A stretch of DNA of 64,000 nucleotides from an uncultured Kiritimatiellota bacterium (GTDB lineage Bacteria; Verrucomicrobiota; Kiritimatiellia; RFP12; DVOR01), in NCBI GenBank assembly GCA_944391055.1, contig CALXSF010000004.1, forward strand, positions 97,374 to 161,373, given 5' to 3'. Below are positions 12,022 through 21,878 of this stretch, in pieces; position 1 is the stretch's first letter, and each line of letters starts with the position of its first letter. The translations under genes were made by a program, and so were the position numbers. Under the pieces are notes generated by a model. The model did not search any database. It saw only the letters and a list, made by a program, of their open reading frames with translations, and had not been told where the DNA came from.

Positions 12022-13619
12022 GCGCGCTCCAGGAAACGCCCCCGGCGCGGCGCGGAGGGGTTGGGCTGGCCGCCCAGAAAGACCGGCGAGCCATTGACGA
12101 GCACGGTGTCCACCCCGCGCGCGAAGCGATGCGGCCGCGCGTAGTCGGCGGCGTCGCGCCAAGCCTCCGGGTCGATCAGGGCCAAATCGGCGAAATACCC
12201 TTCCCGGACCAAGCCGCGGCGCGGGATGCCGAAGGCCTGCGCGGGGAGGCCCGTCATGCGGCGGATGGCCTCCTCCGGGGGCAGCCCGAGCCGTTCGGTG
12301 AGCGTGCGGAAGAAGCGCGGGTGCGTGCCATAGGCGCGCGGGTGCGGCCAATCGCGCCCCAACGGCCCCCACGGCGCGCGGAGGGAGGCGTCGGAACCGG
12401 CCATCACCCACGGCTGGGCCAAGATCCGGAGCAGGTTGGCCTCGCACATCCCAAAGAAGAAGGCGCCCGTCCGGCTACGGTCCGCGCGGAGAATACGCAC
12501 GACGGCCTCGCCGAAGCCGCACCCCCACCCTTCCATGATCGCGGCGAGGGTCCGCCCCGAGCACGGGCGCGTCTCGGCGGACCACGCGCCGCCGATCATG
12601 ACGGAGGCCGGGTCGCGCCCCGAGGCGTCAAGCGCGGCGGCGATCCGCGCGCGCTCCCCGGGATCGTCCAGCCTGGCCAGAATGGCGGCGTTGCCGCCGG
12701 CGGCGGCCCAATCCGGCAGCACGATGTCAAGGTCGGTGCCGGAGGAGAGATAGGGATAGCGATCGGCGTTCACCCAGAGGCCCTCCGCCCGGGCGGCGTG
12801 GATGCGGGCCAAGGCGGCGTCGAGTTTGCCCCAGTTGGCGCGGCCGGAGGTCTTGAGGTGGGAGATCTGCGTGCGCACCCCCGTGGCGCGGACCAGGCCG
12901 AGCACTTCGTCGATGGCCTCCAGCAGGCGGTCGCCCTCGCTGCGCATATGCGTGGCGTACATCCCGCCGCGTTTGGCGCAGGCCGCGACCAAGGCCCCGA
13001 CCTCCTCGGGGCGGCTGTGGACGCCGGGGTGGTAGACCAGCCCCGTCGTCATGCCCCAGGCGCCCTCGTCCAACGCCTGCTCCAGGACGCGCACCATGCC
13101 CTGCGTCTCCTCCACTGTCGCGGCGCGCGGCGCGTCGCCCATCACGCCCTTACGGATGGTGTTGTGGCCGGCGAAGAGGATGAGGTTGGTGGCCGGGCGC
13201 GCGGCCTCCAGGCAGGCGCGGAAGTCGGCCACGGTGTCCCAGTTCGGGCCGGGGCCCGGCGGATGGCCCGGGCGCGGGGGATAGGTCTGCGCCTCCCAGT
13301 CGGAGGGCAGCCGCGCGCCGTTGAGGCGGGGGGCCGCGCTGCCGCCGCATTGACCGCCGATCTCGGTGGTGACGCCCTGGGCGAGTTTGCTGGGGCACGT
13401 CGGCTCCAAAAGCAGGAAGGCGTCGGAGTGGGTGTGCGCGTCGATGAGGCCGGGCGTCAGCCACAGCCCGCGCGCGTCGCGCTCCTCCCTGCCCTGCGCG
13501 GCGGCGAGGTCGCCGACCGCGGCGATGCGGTCGCCCCGCACGCCGACGTCCGCCACGAAGGCCCGGGCGCCGGAGCCGTCGATGACCGTGGCCCGCCGGA
13601 AGAGGAAATCGAAGTCCAT
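12018..13619 (-). CDS. amidohydrolase, N-acyl-D-amino-acid deacylase (D-aminoacylase) family
   Basis: RATVIDGSG...LTPGLIDAHTHSD metal-binding N-terminus. 533 aa. Confidence 0.8.
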   Translation of the reverse strand: MDFDFLFRRATVIDGSGARAFVADVGVRGDRIAAVGDLAAAQGREERDARGLWLTPGLIDAHTHSDAFLLLEPTCPSKLAQGVTTEIGGQCGGSAAPRLNGARLPSDWEAQTYPPRPGHPPGPGPNWDTVADFRACLEAARPATNLILFAGHNTIRKGVMGDAPRAATVEETQGMVRVLEQALDEGAWGMTTGLVYHPGVHSRPEEVGALVAACAKRGGMYATHMRSEGDRLLEAIDEVLGLVRATGVRTQISHLKTSGRANWGKLDAALARIHAARAEGLWVNADRYPYLSSGTDLDIVLPDWAAAGGNAAILARLDDPGERARIAAALDASGRDPASVMIGGAWSAETRPCSGRTLAAIMEGWGCGFGEAVVRILRADRSRTGAFFFGMCEANLLRILAQPWVMAGSDASLRAPWGPLGRDWPHPRAYGTHPRFFRTLTERLGLPPEEAIRRMTGLPAQAFGIPRRGLVREGYFADLALIDPEAWRDAADYARPHRFARGVDTVLVNGSPVFLGGQPNPSAPRRGRFLERA

Positions 13620-13641
13620 GCCGTTTATTATAGCACCGCGC

Positions 13642-14487
13642 TCAGCGTTCGGGCGCGAGGGGCAGGAGCGGCGCCAGGGTGGCGTCGCCCAGGAGCGTGG
13701 TGGGGGTGCGGCCGTCCCATTTCTCGATGGCCTTGAGCAGCAGATACTGATCGCCGCCGTTCTCCTTGATGACCTCGGTCTGGAGGCGGATGGCCTCGGC
13801 CTCGGCCTTGGCGAGGAGGACTTTGGCCTCGGCCTGCGCGTTGGCCTTCTCGAGCTGCTGCTGGGCCTCGGTCTTGACGCGCTCGAGGACGTTCTTGGCC
13901 TTGAGCGCCTCCTGCTCGGCGATCATCTTCTCCTCGATGGCGTCGTTGAAGCGCTGGGAGAAGTTGAGGTCGGCGATTTGGAGCGAGTCGAGGGTGACGT
14001 TGTAGGAGGCCAGGAGGTCGCGGAGGGAGTCGAAGATGAGGGCGCGGACCTCCTCGCGCTTGGTGATGAGCTCCTCCGCGTTGAACTTGGAGAAGGCGGA
14101 CTTGACGGATTCGAAGATGGCGGGGATGACGATGCGCCGCTGGAAATCGTCGTAGCCAAACTTGGAGTAGGTCTCGACGACCTTCTCGGGGTCGAAGTGG
14201 CACTGGGTGGTGACGGAGGCGGAGACCTCCTGGAGATCCTTGGAGGAGGCGTTCATCCCTTGGGTGAGGACGGTCTCGGTGCGGACGTTGACGGTCTTGA
14301 TGGTCTCGACGAAGGGGATTTTGGCGTAGAGGCCGGGCGTGACGACGCGGACGGGGCGCCCGAAGCGGATGATGATGCCGCGTTCGCCCGCGTTGATGTT
14401 GCCGCAGGAGAGGAAGGCGACGGCGAGGGCGATGACCGCGAGGGCGACGGGGATGAGGTAGCCGGTGTCTTTGAGCGAGGCGTTCAT
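13642..14487 (-). CDS. SPFH/band-7 (prohibitin/HflC-like) membrane protein
   Basis: N-terminal transmembrane helix followed by an SPFH core (GERGIIIRFGRP...) and a C-terminal coiled coil. Confidence 0.85.
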   Translation of the reverse strand: MNASLKDTGYLIPVALAVIALAVAFLSCGNINAGERGIIIRFGRPVRVVTPGLYAKIPFVETIKTVNVRTETVLTQGMNASSKDLQEVSASVTTQCHFDPEKVVETYSKFGYDDFQRRIVIPAIFESVKSAFSKFNAEELITKREEVRALIFDSLRDLLASYNVTLDSLQIADLNFSQRFNDAIEEKMIAEQEALKAKNVLERVKTEAQQQLEKANAQAEAKVLLAKAEAEAIRLQTEVIKENGGDQYLLLKAIEKWDGRTPTTLLGDATLAPLLPLAPER

Positions 14488-14572
14488 GGGGACTCCTTTC
14501 GCGCCCAGTCTACCAAACCGCGCACGCCCGCGCAGTCATGTTTTCGGACCGAAGGGTTGGGCCCGCGATGGG

Positions 14573-16378
14573 TCACGGAAGCGGTTTGAGGGTGATGACG
14601 GCAAGCTGGAGGGCATCGCCCTTGGCGGGGACTTCGGGGCGGACGGCGAGGGTGCTCTCGCCGGCGGGAAGGCTCACCTCGCCGAGGGGAAGATCGACAT
14701 AGCGATTGGCGGCGCCCGTGTTGGTGGCGGCGAAGACGGCGGAAAGGGCCTGCCCGGCGACCTCGCAGCGGAGACGGCACCCTTCGGCCTCCTTTCCCGC
14801 GGCGTAGCGCAAGGTAAGGGCGTAGCGGCCGGGCTTGGGCAGGGCAAGCGTCCACTTGGCGGCGCTTTTGGGGGAGCCCCACCCGATGAGGCGTTCCTCA
14901 AAGCGGTTGGCGAGGCCGGCGTATTCGGTGGGGCCGAGGCGGACATCGCCAAAGGCAAGGGCCTGGCTTGGGGGGCAGCGCAGGATGCCTTCCTCGGTGG
15001 GGGCGACGCCGCCGATGCGGGCGCGGCCCTCCAGTTCGATGGCAATCACGAAGTCCTTGGCGGCCATGGCCGTGGCGTCGAGGCGCACCTTGCGGGCGGG
15101 GCCCTCGCCTTCGATGGGGAAGGCCCGGCCGCCAGGGGCGAGGAGACGGACGGAGCGGATGGCATTGGCGAGGCCGGGAAGAAGAAGGGCGCCATCCTTG
15201 GGCGGGTCGAAGACGATGGCATGGAGCGTGTCGTTCTCGCGGCCGGGGCGAACGGTGAAGCGTCCCCACGCGGGCAGGCTGGGGAAAGGCGAGGCTTGGG
15301 TGCCATAAATGGCTTGGCCGTTCTCGCCGAGCCAGGCGCCGATGACGTCGAGGCGGTCAAGGCAGGGGCGAGGGATGACGCCATAGGCATCGGGGCCGAG
15401 GTTGAGGAGGAGGTTCCCGCCCTTGGAGGCGATGTCGCAAAGCCGATGGATCACGTCGCGGGCGCTCTTCCAGTCGTGGTCGACGGCGGAGAAGCCCCAG
15501 CTGTGGTTGAAGGTGAGGCAGGTCTCCCAGTCCACGCCGGGAATGCCGGTGGCGGGCACGAAGTTCTCGGGTGTCTGGATGTCGTAGGGGATGCCGCGGC
15601 GGAGGCGGTTGTTCACGATTATCCCGGGCTGGAGTTCGCGCACCATGCGGTCGATGCGCTCGGCGTAGGCCTGCGGGATGCGCGTGCCGTTGCTGATGTC
15701 ATACCACAGAATGTCCACCTTGCCATAATTCGTGAGGAGCTCGCGGAGCTGGGGGATGCAGACGTTGTCGAGGTAGTCCTCGATGCGCCCTTTCTGCGCG
15801 GGATCCCACCCGCCGCCACCGCCGCCGGGGTGATGCCAGTCGAGGTTCTGCGAGTAGTAGATGCCGAACCTGACGCCATAGCGGCGGCAGGCGGCGGCGA
15901 TCTCGGCCACCACGTCGCGCTTGAAGGGGGTGGCGTCCACGATGTTGAAGTCGCTGGCCTCCGACTTGAAGAGGGCGAAGCCGTCGTGGTGCTTGGCGTC
16001 GAAGACCACATAGCGCGCGCCGGCATCGCGCACGGCGCGGATCCATTCGTCGGCGTCGAAGCCCTCGGGATTGAACTTCGCCGCGGCGGCGGCATACTCG
16101 GCCACGGGGGCTTTCGCGGCGATCATCATCCATTCGGAGCAACGGTTGGCCATGCGTACCTGCCCCTTCCAGACGCCACCGTAATAGGAATAAAGGCCGA
16201 AGTTGAAGAAGATGCCGAATCGGGCCTCGCGGAACCACCTCATCTTGGCGTCTTGCGCGGCCTTGGCGGCTTGCTCGCCGGCCAACGGCGCATCGGGCGG
16301 GGGTGGCGTGTCCGCCCGCCCCGGGCGGGCCAGTGCGAGCGCGCCCAAAAGGGAAAAGGTGAGCATTGTGCGTTTCAT
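14573..16378 (-). CDS. alpha-L-fucosidase, GH29, secreted
   Basis: Signal peptide MKRTMLTFSLLGALALA, then RWFREARFGIFFNFGLYS and DAKHHDGFALF, which are GH29 hallmarks. The start was trimmed from the longer track ORF. Confidence 0.85.
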   Translation of the reverse strand: MKRTMLTFSLLGALALARPGRADTPPPPDAPLAGEQAAKAAQDAKMRWFREARFGIFFNFGLYSYYGGVWKGQVRMANRCSEWMMIAAKAPVAEYAAAAAKFNPEGFDADEWIRAVRDAGARYVVFDAKHHDGFALFKSEASDFNIVDATPFKRDVVAEIAAACRRYGVRFGIYYSQNLDWHHPGGGGGGWDPAQKGRIEDYLDNVCIPQLRELLTNYGKVDILWYDISNGTRIPQAYAERIDRMVRELQPGIIVNNRLRRGIPYDIQTPENFVPATGIPGVDWETCLTFNHSWGFSAVDHDWKSARDVIHRLCDIASKGGNLLLNLGPDAYGVIPRPCLDRLDVIGAWLGENGQAIYGTQASPFPSLPAWGRFTVRPGRENDTLHAIVFDPPKDGALLLPGLANAIRSVRLLAPGGRAFPIEGEGPARKVRLDATAMAAKDFVIAIELEGRARIGGVAPTEEGILRCPPSQALAFGDVRLGPTEYAGLANRFEERLIGWGSPKSAAKWTLALPKPGRYALTLRYAAGKEAEGCRLRCEVAGQALSAVFAATNTGAANRYVDLPLGEVSLPAGESTLAVRPEVPAKGDALQLAVITLKPLP

Positions 16379-16395
16379 GATCGGGACTCTCCAAG

Positions 16396-17860
16396 TTAGT
16401 TCCGAAGGACATCCGCCTGCGTCAGTGGGCGATCGAATGTGAGCTCGAGGATAAGCGGCGCGTCCAAGGAGGCATTTCCGAAAGCAATCTCGTAGCCCTG
16501 TGGGGACTCTTTGAGGATGAGGCCCTCGCCGCTCAGCGCACGCTGCGCCACAAGGCGGACGCCGGGGAGCTTCGGCAACGCCACGGGCGTGCCATCCTTG
16601 GGCAGACGGATGACGTGGAGCCACGCCTTGTTGCCCTTGAAGGTGGCGCCGCCCCATGCGCCGGGGCGCCACGGGCCGCCGCGCGTGCCGTAGATGCTGT
16701 CGCCGTAGGCCTTGAGCCAATCGCCGACCTTCGCGAGCACGGCGGCTTGCTTTTCCGGCCACGAGCCATCCCAACGAGGCCCCCAGCTCAGGAGCAGGTT
16801 GCCATCGCCCATCGCGCACGCCTGCAATTTGCGGAAGACCTCCGCGGGCGGCTTGGGGACGGACTTCTCGCCGGTGTACGACCAGCCACGCGCAAGCGTC
16901 ATGCAGGTTTCCCACGGGCGACGGTTTTGGAACATGCCAATGCGTTGCTCGGGGGTGTCGAAGTCGCCGGGGACGCTGGCGCGGTTGTTGATGAGGATGC
17001 CGGGCTGGAGCTCGCGAACGCGGCGGGTGAGGCGCTCGGCGTCCCACATTTCGGGCGTGAACATCCCGCCATTCCAAACGGCGTCGAACCAGAAGATGTC
17101 AATCTTGCCGTAGTTCGAGCAAAGCTCCTCCACGGCCTTGAACTGATAGTCGATGTACGCCTTGTGGCGCGGGCCTGGCCGTATGGCCTTCCCGGGCTTG
17201 GCCTTCACGCGGCCTGGCGAGTTGGGGGAGTAATCCGCCGTCTCGGGATCCACGGGGCAATAATCCGGGTGATACCAATCGCGCTGAGAATAGTAGATGC
17301 CCACCTTCACGCCGGCCATGCGGCAGGCCTCGATGACTTCGCGCAGGAAGTCTTTGCCATAAGGCGTGTTCGTCACCTTGAAGTCCGAGAGTTTCGTGTC
17401 CCAAAGATGGAAACCGTCGTGGTGTTTGGCCACGATGACGGCATAACGCATCCCGGAGGAACGAAAGATGGTGGCCAAGTCCTCGCGCGAAAACCTCTCC
17501 AACCTCATCTGTTTGGGCCACGCTGTCCACGTCTCAAAGGTGTAAGGCTTTTTCCCGGGGTTGTCGGGAAGTTTTGCCTGCACCACGCCCCAGCTGAGGT
17601 CTTTGTTGGCGAAAGTGCTCGGACCAAAGCAGATGAACATCCCATAGCGCGCGCCGCGGAACCACTGGAGATCCCTCTCCGAGGCGAAGTTCGTCGCCGC
17701 CCAATCGTCATCGGGAATCACCTGCACGGCTCTGGCGTTTTGCCGTGCCATCGCTTCGAGGTTGCTGCCCTCCACGTCGCTCGCGCGAATCGACCATCCG
17801 GCCTGGACGCCACCCGCCGCAAGGGCAAGCGCTAAGGCAAACATAGGTTTCGTCCTCATC
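16396..17860 (-). CDS. alpha-L-fucosidase, GH29, secreted (tandem paralog)
   Basis: Signal peptide MRTKPMFALALALAAG; WFRGARYGMFICFGP...AKHHDGFHLWDT. Confidence 0.85.
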
Positions 17861-18066
17861 TTCTTTCGCTCCTTTCGCTTTGGTCGCGCCATCCGGCGAA
17901 CGTGGCGGCGACGGCACCTACAGCGATGCTTCACCACAATTATACGTTTTTGCGACTTCCCCACACGCCTCAAAGACGCTTCCCCCAGACGGGCGAAACG
18001 ACTGTATGCGGCAAATCCTGCCCCCTTGCCGATTCCGCAAAAACACGCGCCCTTCTTGGCGGCCTA

Positions 18067-18075
18067 TGCTATAAT
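18067..18075 (+). promoter_or_regulatory. extended -10 box TGcTATAAT 6 nt upstream of ATG 18082, implying a leaderless mRNA
   Basis: Direct read. Confidence 0.45.
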
Positions 18076-18081
18076 CCAAGC

Positions 18082-20223
18082 ATGAAGAAAGGCCTGATGC
18101 TTCTGTTCGCGCTGTGCGCGGCGACGGTGTTCGCCGCGGGCACGGAGTCTGCCGGGTTGAACATCACGCACCGGATGATGACCTTGGCCATCCAAGTGGG
18201 CGTGATCCTGTTCGCGGCGCGCTTCGGCAATCTGCTCTTCTCGTGGCTGAGGCTGCCCAGCGTGTTGGGCGAGCTGTGCGCGGGCATCCTGATCGGGCCT
18301 TATGCGCTGGGGACGCTTTGGCCGGGCTGGGTCTTCCAGCTTTTCCCGGGGTCGTCGGTGGGCGTCTCGCCGGAGCTTTACGGGCTTTGCACGGTGGCTT
18401 CGATCGTCCTGCTCTTCCTGGTGGGGGCGGAGACGGATCTGCGGATGTTCATGCGCTATTCGGCGGTGGGGTCGCTGGTGGGCGTGGGGGGCGTGGTCTT
18501 CTCGTATCTGGCGGGGGCGACGATCGGGGTGTGGCTGCTGGGGCTGGAATGGTCTGACCCGACGACGATCCTGCTGGGCGTGATGAGCACGGCGACCTCC
18601 GTCTCCATCACCGCGCGCATCCTCTCCGACCGCCGCAAACTGGATTCGCAGGAAGGCGTCACCATCCTGGCCGGCGCGGTGATCGACGACGTGCTGGGCA
18701 TCATCATGCTGGCCATCGGCATGGGGCTCATCGCGGCGAAGGAGAACGGGGACGCCTTTTCGTGGGGGCACATCGTGGGCATCGCCGCCAAGTGCATGGG
18801 CATTTGGCTGGGGGCGACGGCGGTGGGCATCCTGGTCTCGCGCAAGGTGGCGTGGCTGCTGCGTTTCTGCGGGTCGCACGGCGAGGTGGCGATTCTGACG
18901 CTTGGGCTGGCGCTGTTGGTGGGCGGGCTTTTCGAGCAAGCGAGTTTGGCGATGATCATCGGCGCTTACGTCACCGGGCTCTCCTTCTCGCGCACGGACA
19001 TGGGGGTGATGATCCAGGAGAAGCTCCACGGCGTCTATCAGTTCTTGGTGCCCATTTTCTTCGTGGTCATGGGCATGATGGTGAACATCGGGGAGTTCGC
19101 CAAGGAGGGCGTCCTCGTCGCCGGGCTTATTTACACGGCCGTCGCCGTCGTCGCGAAGATCGTGGGCTGCGGCCTGCCGACGCTGCTCTTCGGCTTCACG
19201 CCGGTGGGGGCGCTGCGCGTGGGGCTGGGGATGGTGCCGCGCGGCGAGGTGGCGCTGATCATCGCGGGCATCGCCGCGGCGCACGGCCACACCGAGATCC
19301 TCGGCGTCGCCGTGCTCATGACCATGCTCACCACGCTTGTCTCGCCCCCGCTCCTCTTGGCGGCCTTCGCCATCGGGCGCCCCGGCCACAGACAGAAGGC
19401 CGCGCGCGACGGTCAGCCGGTGGCCGCCTATCACTTCCCCAACCGCGCCATCACCAGCACCGTGATGGGCAAAATCCTCCAGAATCTGACCAAGGAAGGC
19501 TTCTTCACCCATCAAATCAACCCCGCGCAGGGCCTTTATCAGGCGCGGCGCGACGACATCGTGGTGAACATCACCTGCGGCGAGATGGAGATCACCTTCT
19601 CCGCCTCCCAGGAGGCCCTGCCCTTCGTGCGCATCGTGATGGCGGAGTCGCTGGCCGAGTTCGAGACGGTGCTCGACGCCCTGCGCAAGCCCATCGCCGA
19701 AAGCGCGCACTTCGCCATCGACGCCTCCACGCCGCCCCCCAAGCCCCGCGCCAAGCCCGCCGGGCGGCTGGACGTCCTGGCGCGCCACGTCCGCGAGGAG
19801 GCCATCATCCCCCGCCTGAAGGCCACCGACCGCGACGGCGCCATCCGCGAGCTGCTGGGCCGCCTCCATGACCTCGGCGCGGTGGGGGACGTCGCCGAGG
19901 CCGAGGCCGAGGTCTTCCGCCGCGAGGCCGTCATGCCCACGGGCGTCGGGTTCGGCGTGGCCTGCCCGCATGCCCGCACCAACGCCGTCCCCATGCTCAC
20001 CTGCGCCATCGGCATCGCCGGGCGCCCCATCGATTTCTCGCCGGACGAGGAGGGCCGCGCCTGCCGCATCATCATCCTCACCCTCACGCCCGACACCGTG
20101 AACAGCCCCTACATGACCTTCATCACCGCGGCGCTCACCGCCCTCCGCGCCCCCTCCAAACGCCAGGCGCTCACGGAGGCGCCGGACGCCGCCGCCATCC
20201 GTGCCATCCTGCTCACCCCATGA
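18082..20223 (+). CDS. CPA2-family monovalent cation:proton antiporter fused to a C-terminal PTS EIIA type-2 (EIIA-Ntr-like) domain
   Basis: About 400 aa of polytopic Kef/NapA-like membrane domain, then a soluble domain (...LARHVREEAIIPRLKATDRDGAIRELL...MPTGVGFGVACPHART...ILTLTPDT) typical of PTS EIIA-2/PtsN. Confidence 0.75.
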   Translation: MKKGLMLLFALCAATVFAAGTESAGLNITHRMMTLAIQVGVILFAARFGNLLFSWLRLPSVLGELCAGILIGPYALGTLWPGWVFQLFPGSSVGVSPELYGLCTVASIVLLFLVGAETDLRMFMRYSAVGSLVGVGGVVFSYLAGATIGVWLLGLEWSDPTTILLGVMSTATSVSITARILSDRRKLDSQEGVTILAGAVIDDVLGIIMLAIGMGLIAAKENGDAFSWGHIVGIAAKCMGIWLGATAVGILVSRKVAWLLRFCGSHGEVAILTLGLALLVGGLFEQASLAMIIGAYVTGLSFSRTDMGVMIQEKLHGVYQFLVPIFFVVMGMMVNIGEFAKEGVLVAGLIYTAVAVVAKIVGCGLPTLLFGFTPVGALRVGLGMVPRGEVALIIAGIAAAHGHTEILGVAVLMTMLTTLVSPPLLLAAFAIGRPGHRQKAARDGQPVAAYHFPNRAITSTVMGKILQNLTKEGFFTHQINPAQGLYQARRDDIVVNITCGEMEITFSASQEALPFVRIVMAESLAEFETVLDALRKPIAESAHFAIDASTPPPKPRAKPAGRLDVLARHVREEAIIPRLKATDRDGAIRELLGRLHDLGAVGDVAEAEAEVFRREAVMPTGVGFGVACPHARTNAVPMLTCAIGIAGRPIDFSPDEEGRACRIIILTLTPDTVNSPYMTFITAALTALRAPSKRQALTEAPDAAAIRAILLTP

Positions 20224-21182
20224 GACGCCTCCTCGCCAGCCTTCTCCTCGCCGCGGCCGCCTTGGCGCAGGGTGCCTGGGAGCCGCGCGCCCGTGAACAT
20301 TACGCGCTCATCATCGACAAGGAGCCCTTCGGCCCCATGGCCGCCGAGACCGCGGGGGGCGAGGCCGTCCCCGAGGCCACCCCCGAGCAGGTGCGCGAGG
20401 AATCCAACAAAGTCCAGCTCTGCGCCATGACCGTCACCCCGGACGGCCGCACCGCCGTCGGCATCATCGACAACGGCGCGAACCCGCCCGCCTACATCAC
20501 CCTTTTCGACGGCGAATCCAGCAACGGCCTCGAGCTGATCGTCTCCGACCTCGATCGGGAGTTCGCCACCTTCCGCCGCGACGGCATCACCTTCACCCTC
20601 GGGCTTGGCCTCGGGCTGCTGGAGACCATCACGCCGGAACTGCTGGCCCAACGCGAGGCCGAGGCGCAGGAGCTGGCCGCGGCCGACGAGGAACGCAAGC
20701 GCAAGTCGGCCAACTCCCTGGCCGAGCAGCTCATCGCCATGCAGATGAGCCTCCCGCCGGACGTCGAGGCCCCGCCCCTCCCCATCCCCCACGGCGACGC
20801 CGCCGCCTTCACCAAGGAGTTCGACCCCAACAAGGCGCGGAGCGAACCGCAGACCGAGACCGAGGCGCTCGTGCAGGCCGGCGTGGAAGAGCTCAAGGCC
20901 GCCGTCGCCGCCGGCGAAAGCCCGCAGGATTACCTCCGCCGCTTGGTGGCACATCGGCAGCAGGAGGTCCAACGGCAGCAGGCCGAGAAACAGGCCGCCC
21001 AAAACGCCCTTGACCAGGAACTCGCCGCCGGCGGGCTCTCCGAGAGCGACGCGGCGTACCTCCGCCGCCGCACCAACATCGAATTGATGAAGAAGGGCGT
21101 CGTGCCGCTGACCCCCGTGAATGACCTCTCCGACTCCGAGCGCGCCGAGATCGAGGCCGCGCTCAACGCCTCCCAGCCGTGA
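20220..21182 (+). CDS. hypothetical secreted acidic/coiled-coil protein
   Basis: Signal peptide; 4-nt overlaps with both neighbouring genes. No recognisable domain. Confidence 0.45.
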   Translation: MRRLLASLLLAAAALAQGAWEPRAREHYALIIDKEPFGPMAAETAGGEAVPEATPEQVREESNKVQLCAMTVTPDGRTAVGIIDNGANPPAYITLFDGESSNGLELIVSDLDREFATFRRDGITFTLGLGLGLLETITPELLAQREAEAQELAAADEERKRKSANSLAEQLIAMQMSLPPDVEAPPLPIPHGDAAAFTKEFDPNKARSEPQTETEALVQAGVEELKAAVAAGESPQDYLRRLVAHRQQEVQRQQAEKQAAQNALDQELAAGGLSESDAAYLRRRTNIELMKKGVVPLTPVNDLSDSERAEIEAALNASQP

Positions 21183-21853
21183 CCCCCGCCCCACCCCGCC
21201 CATCCTCCCCGCTCCGCCGCGTCCCCAAGACAGTCTGGCTTCTCTTGGGCGTGGGCGCGCTCATCCTTGTCCCCTTCCTGTTCTTCGGCGAGGCCATCGA
21301 GGCCTGGTTCGCGGGGCTGGCGAGCCCCGAGGCGGGCGTGGCGCGCGGCGTCTTCGGCGCGGTGCTTTTCGGCCTGCTGGCGTTGGACGTCCTCCTCCCC
21401 GTGCCAAGCAGTCTGGCCAGCACGCTCTGCGGCGTGGTCTTCGGCCTCTGGGGCGGGTTCTGGCTCTCCTTCGGCGCGATGACCGTCAGCTGCGTCATCG
21501 GCTACGGCCTGGGGCGCCTCTGCGCCGGTTACGCGCGGCGGCTGATCGGCGAGCGCGAGAACGCGCTCCTGCGCCTTTTCCTGCGCCGCCACGGCGCGCC
21601 CGCGCTGGTCGCCCTGCGGACGGTGCCGGTGCTGGCCGAGGCCTCCGTCCTCTTCGCCGGGTTGGGGCGGATGGGCGCCGGCCGCGCGGCCTGGCCGCTT
21701 CTGCTCGGCAACGCCGCCGTTTCCCTCATCTACGCTTGGGTCGGCGACGCCGGCCGCTCGCCCGACGCCATGCTGCCGGCCTTCCTCGGCTCCCTCGCTG
21801 TCTCCGCCCTGCTGATGGCCGGCGCGTGGCTTTGGCGCCGCCGCCTCGGCTGA
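21179..21853 (+). CDS. DedA/SNARE-associated (TVP38/TMEM64 family) membrane protein
   Basis: Multi-pass membrane protein carrying the DedA-type LLPVPSS...G motif. Confidence 0.7.
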   Translation: MTPAPPRPSSPLRRVPKTVWLLLGVGALILVPFLFFGEAIEAWFAGLASPEAGVARGVFGAVLFGLLALDVLLPVPSSLASTLCGVVFGLWGGFWLSFGAMTVSCVIGYGLGRLCAGYARRLIGERENALLRLFLRRHGAPALVALRTVPVLAEASVLFAGLGRMGAGRAAWPLLLGNAAVSLIYAWVGDAGRSPDAMLPAFLGSLAVSALLMAGAWLWRRRLG

Positions 21854-21862
21854 GCGCGTTCG

Positions 21863-21871
21863 TGTTATAAT
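21863..21871 (+). promoter_or_regulatory. extended -10 box TGtTATAAT 7 nt upstream of ATG 21879, implying a leaderless mRNA
   Basis: Direct read. Confidence 0.45.
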
Positions 21872-21878
21872 GGCCCGT

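Noticed and set aside
11017-12447. Long N-terminal extension (476 aa) of the radical-SAM ORF
   Set aside because: The first ~140 aa are low-complexity and overlap the upstream amidohydrolase gene. The internal Met at 12021 gives a canonical ~334-aa enzyme with an ATGA overlap.
14465-16399. 644-aa plus-strand ORF, and several 100-160-aa ORFs, overlapping the fucosidase genes
   Set aside because: Shadow ORFs; the minus-strand frames carry clear GH29 signatures and signal peptides.
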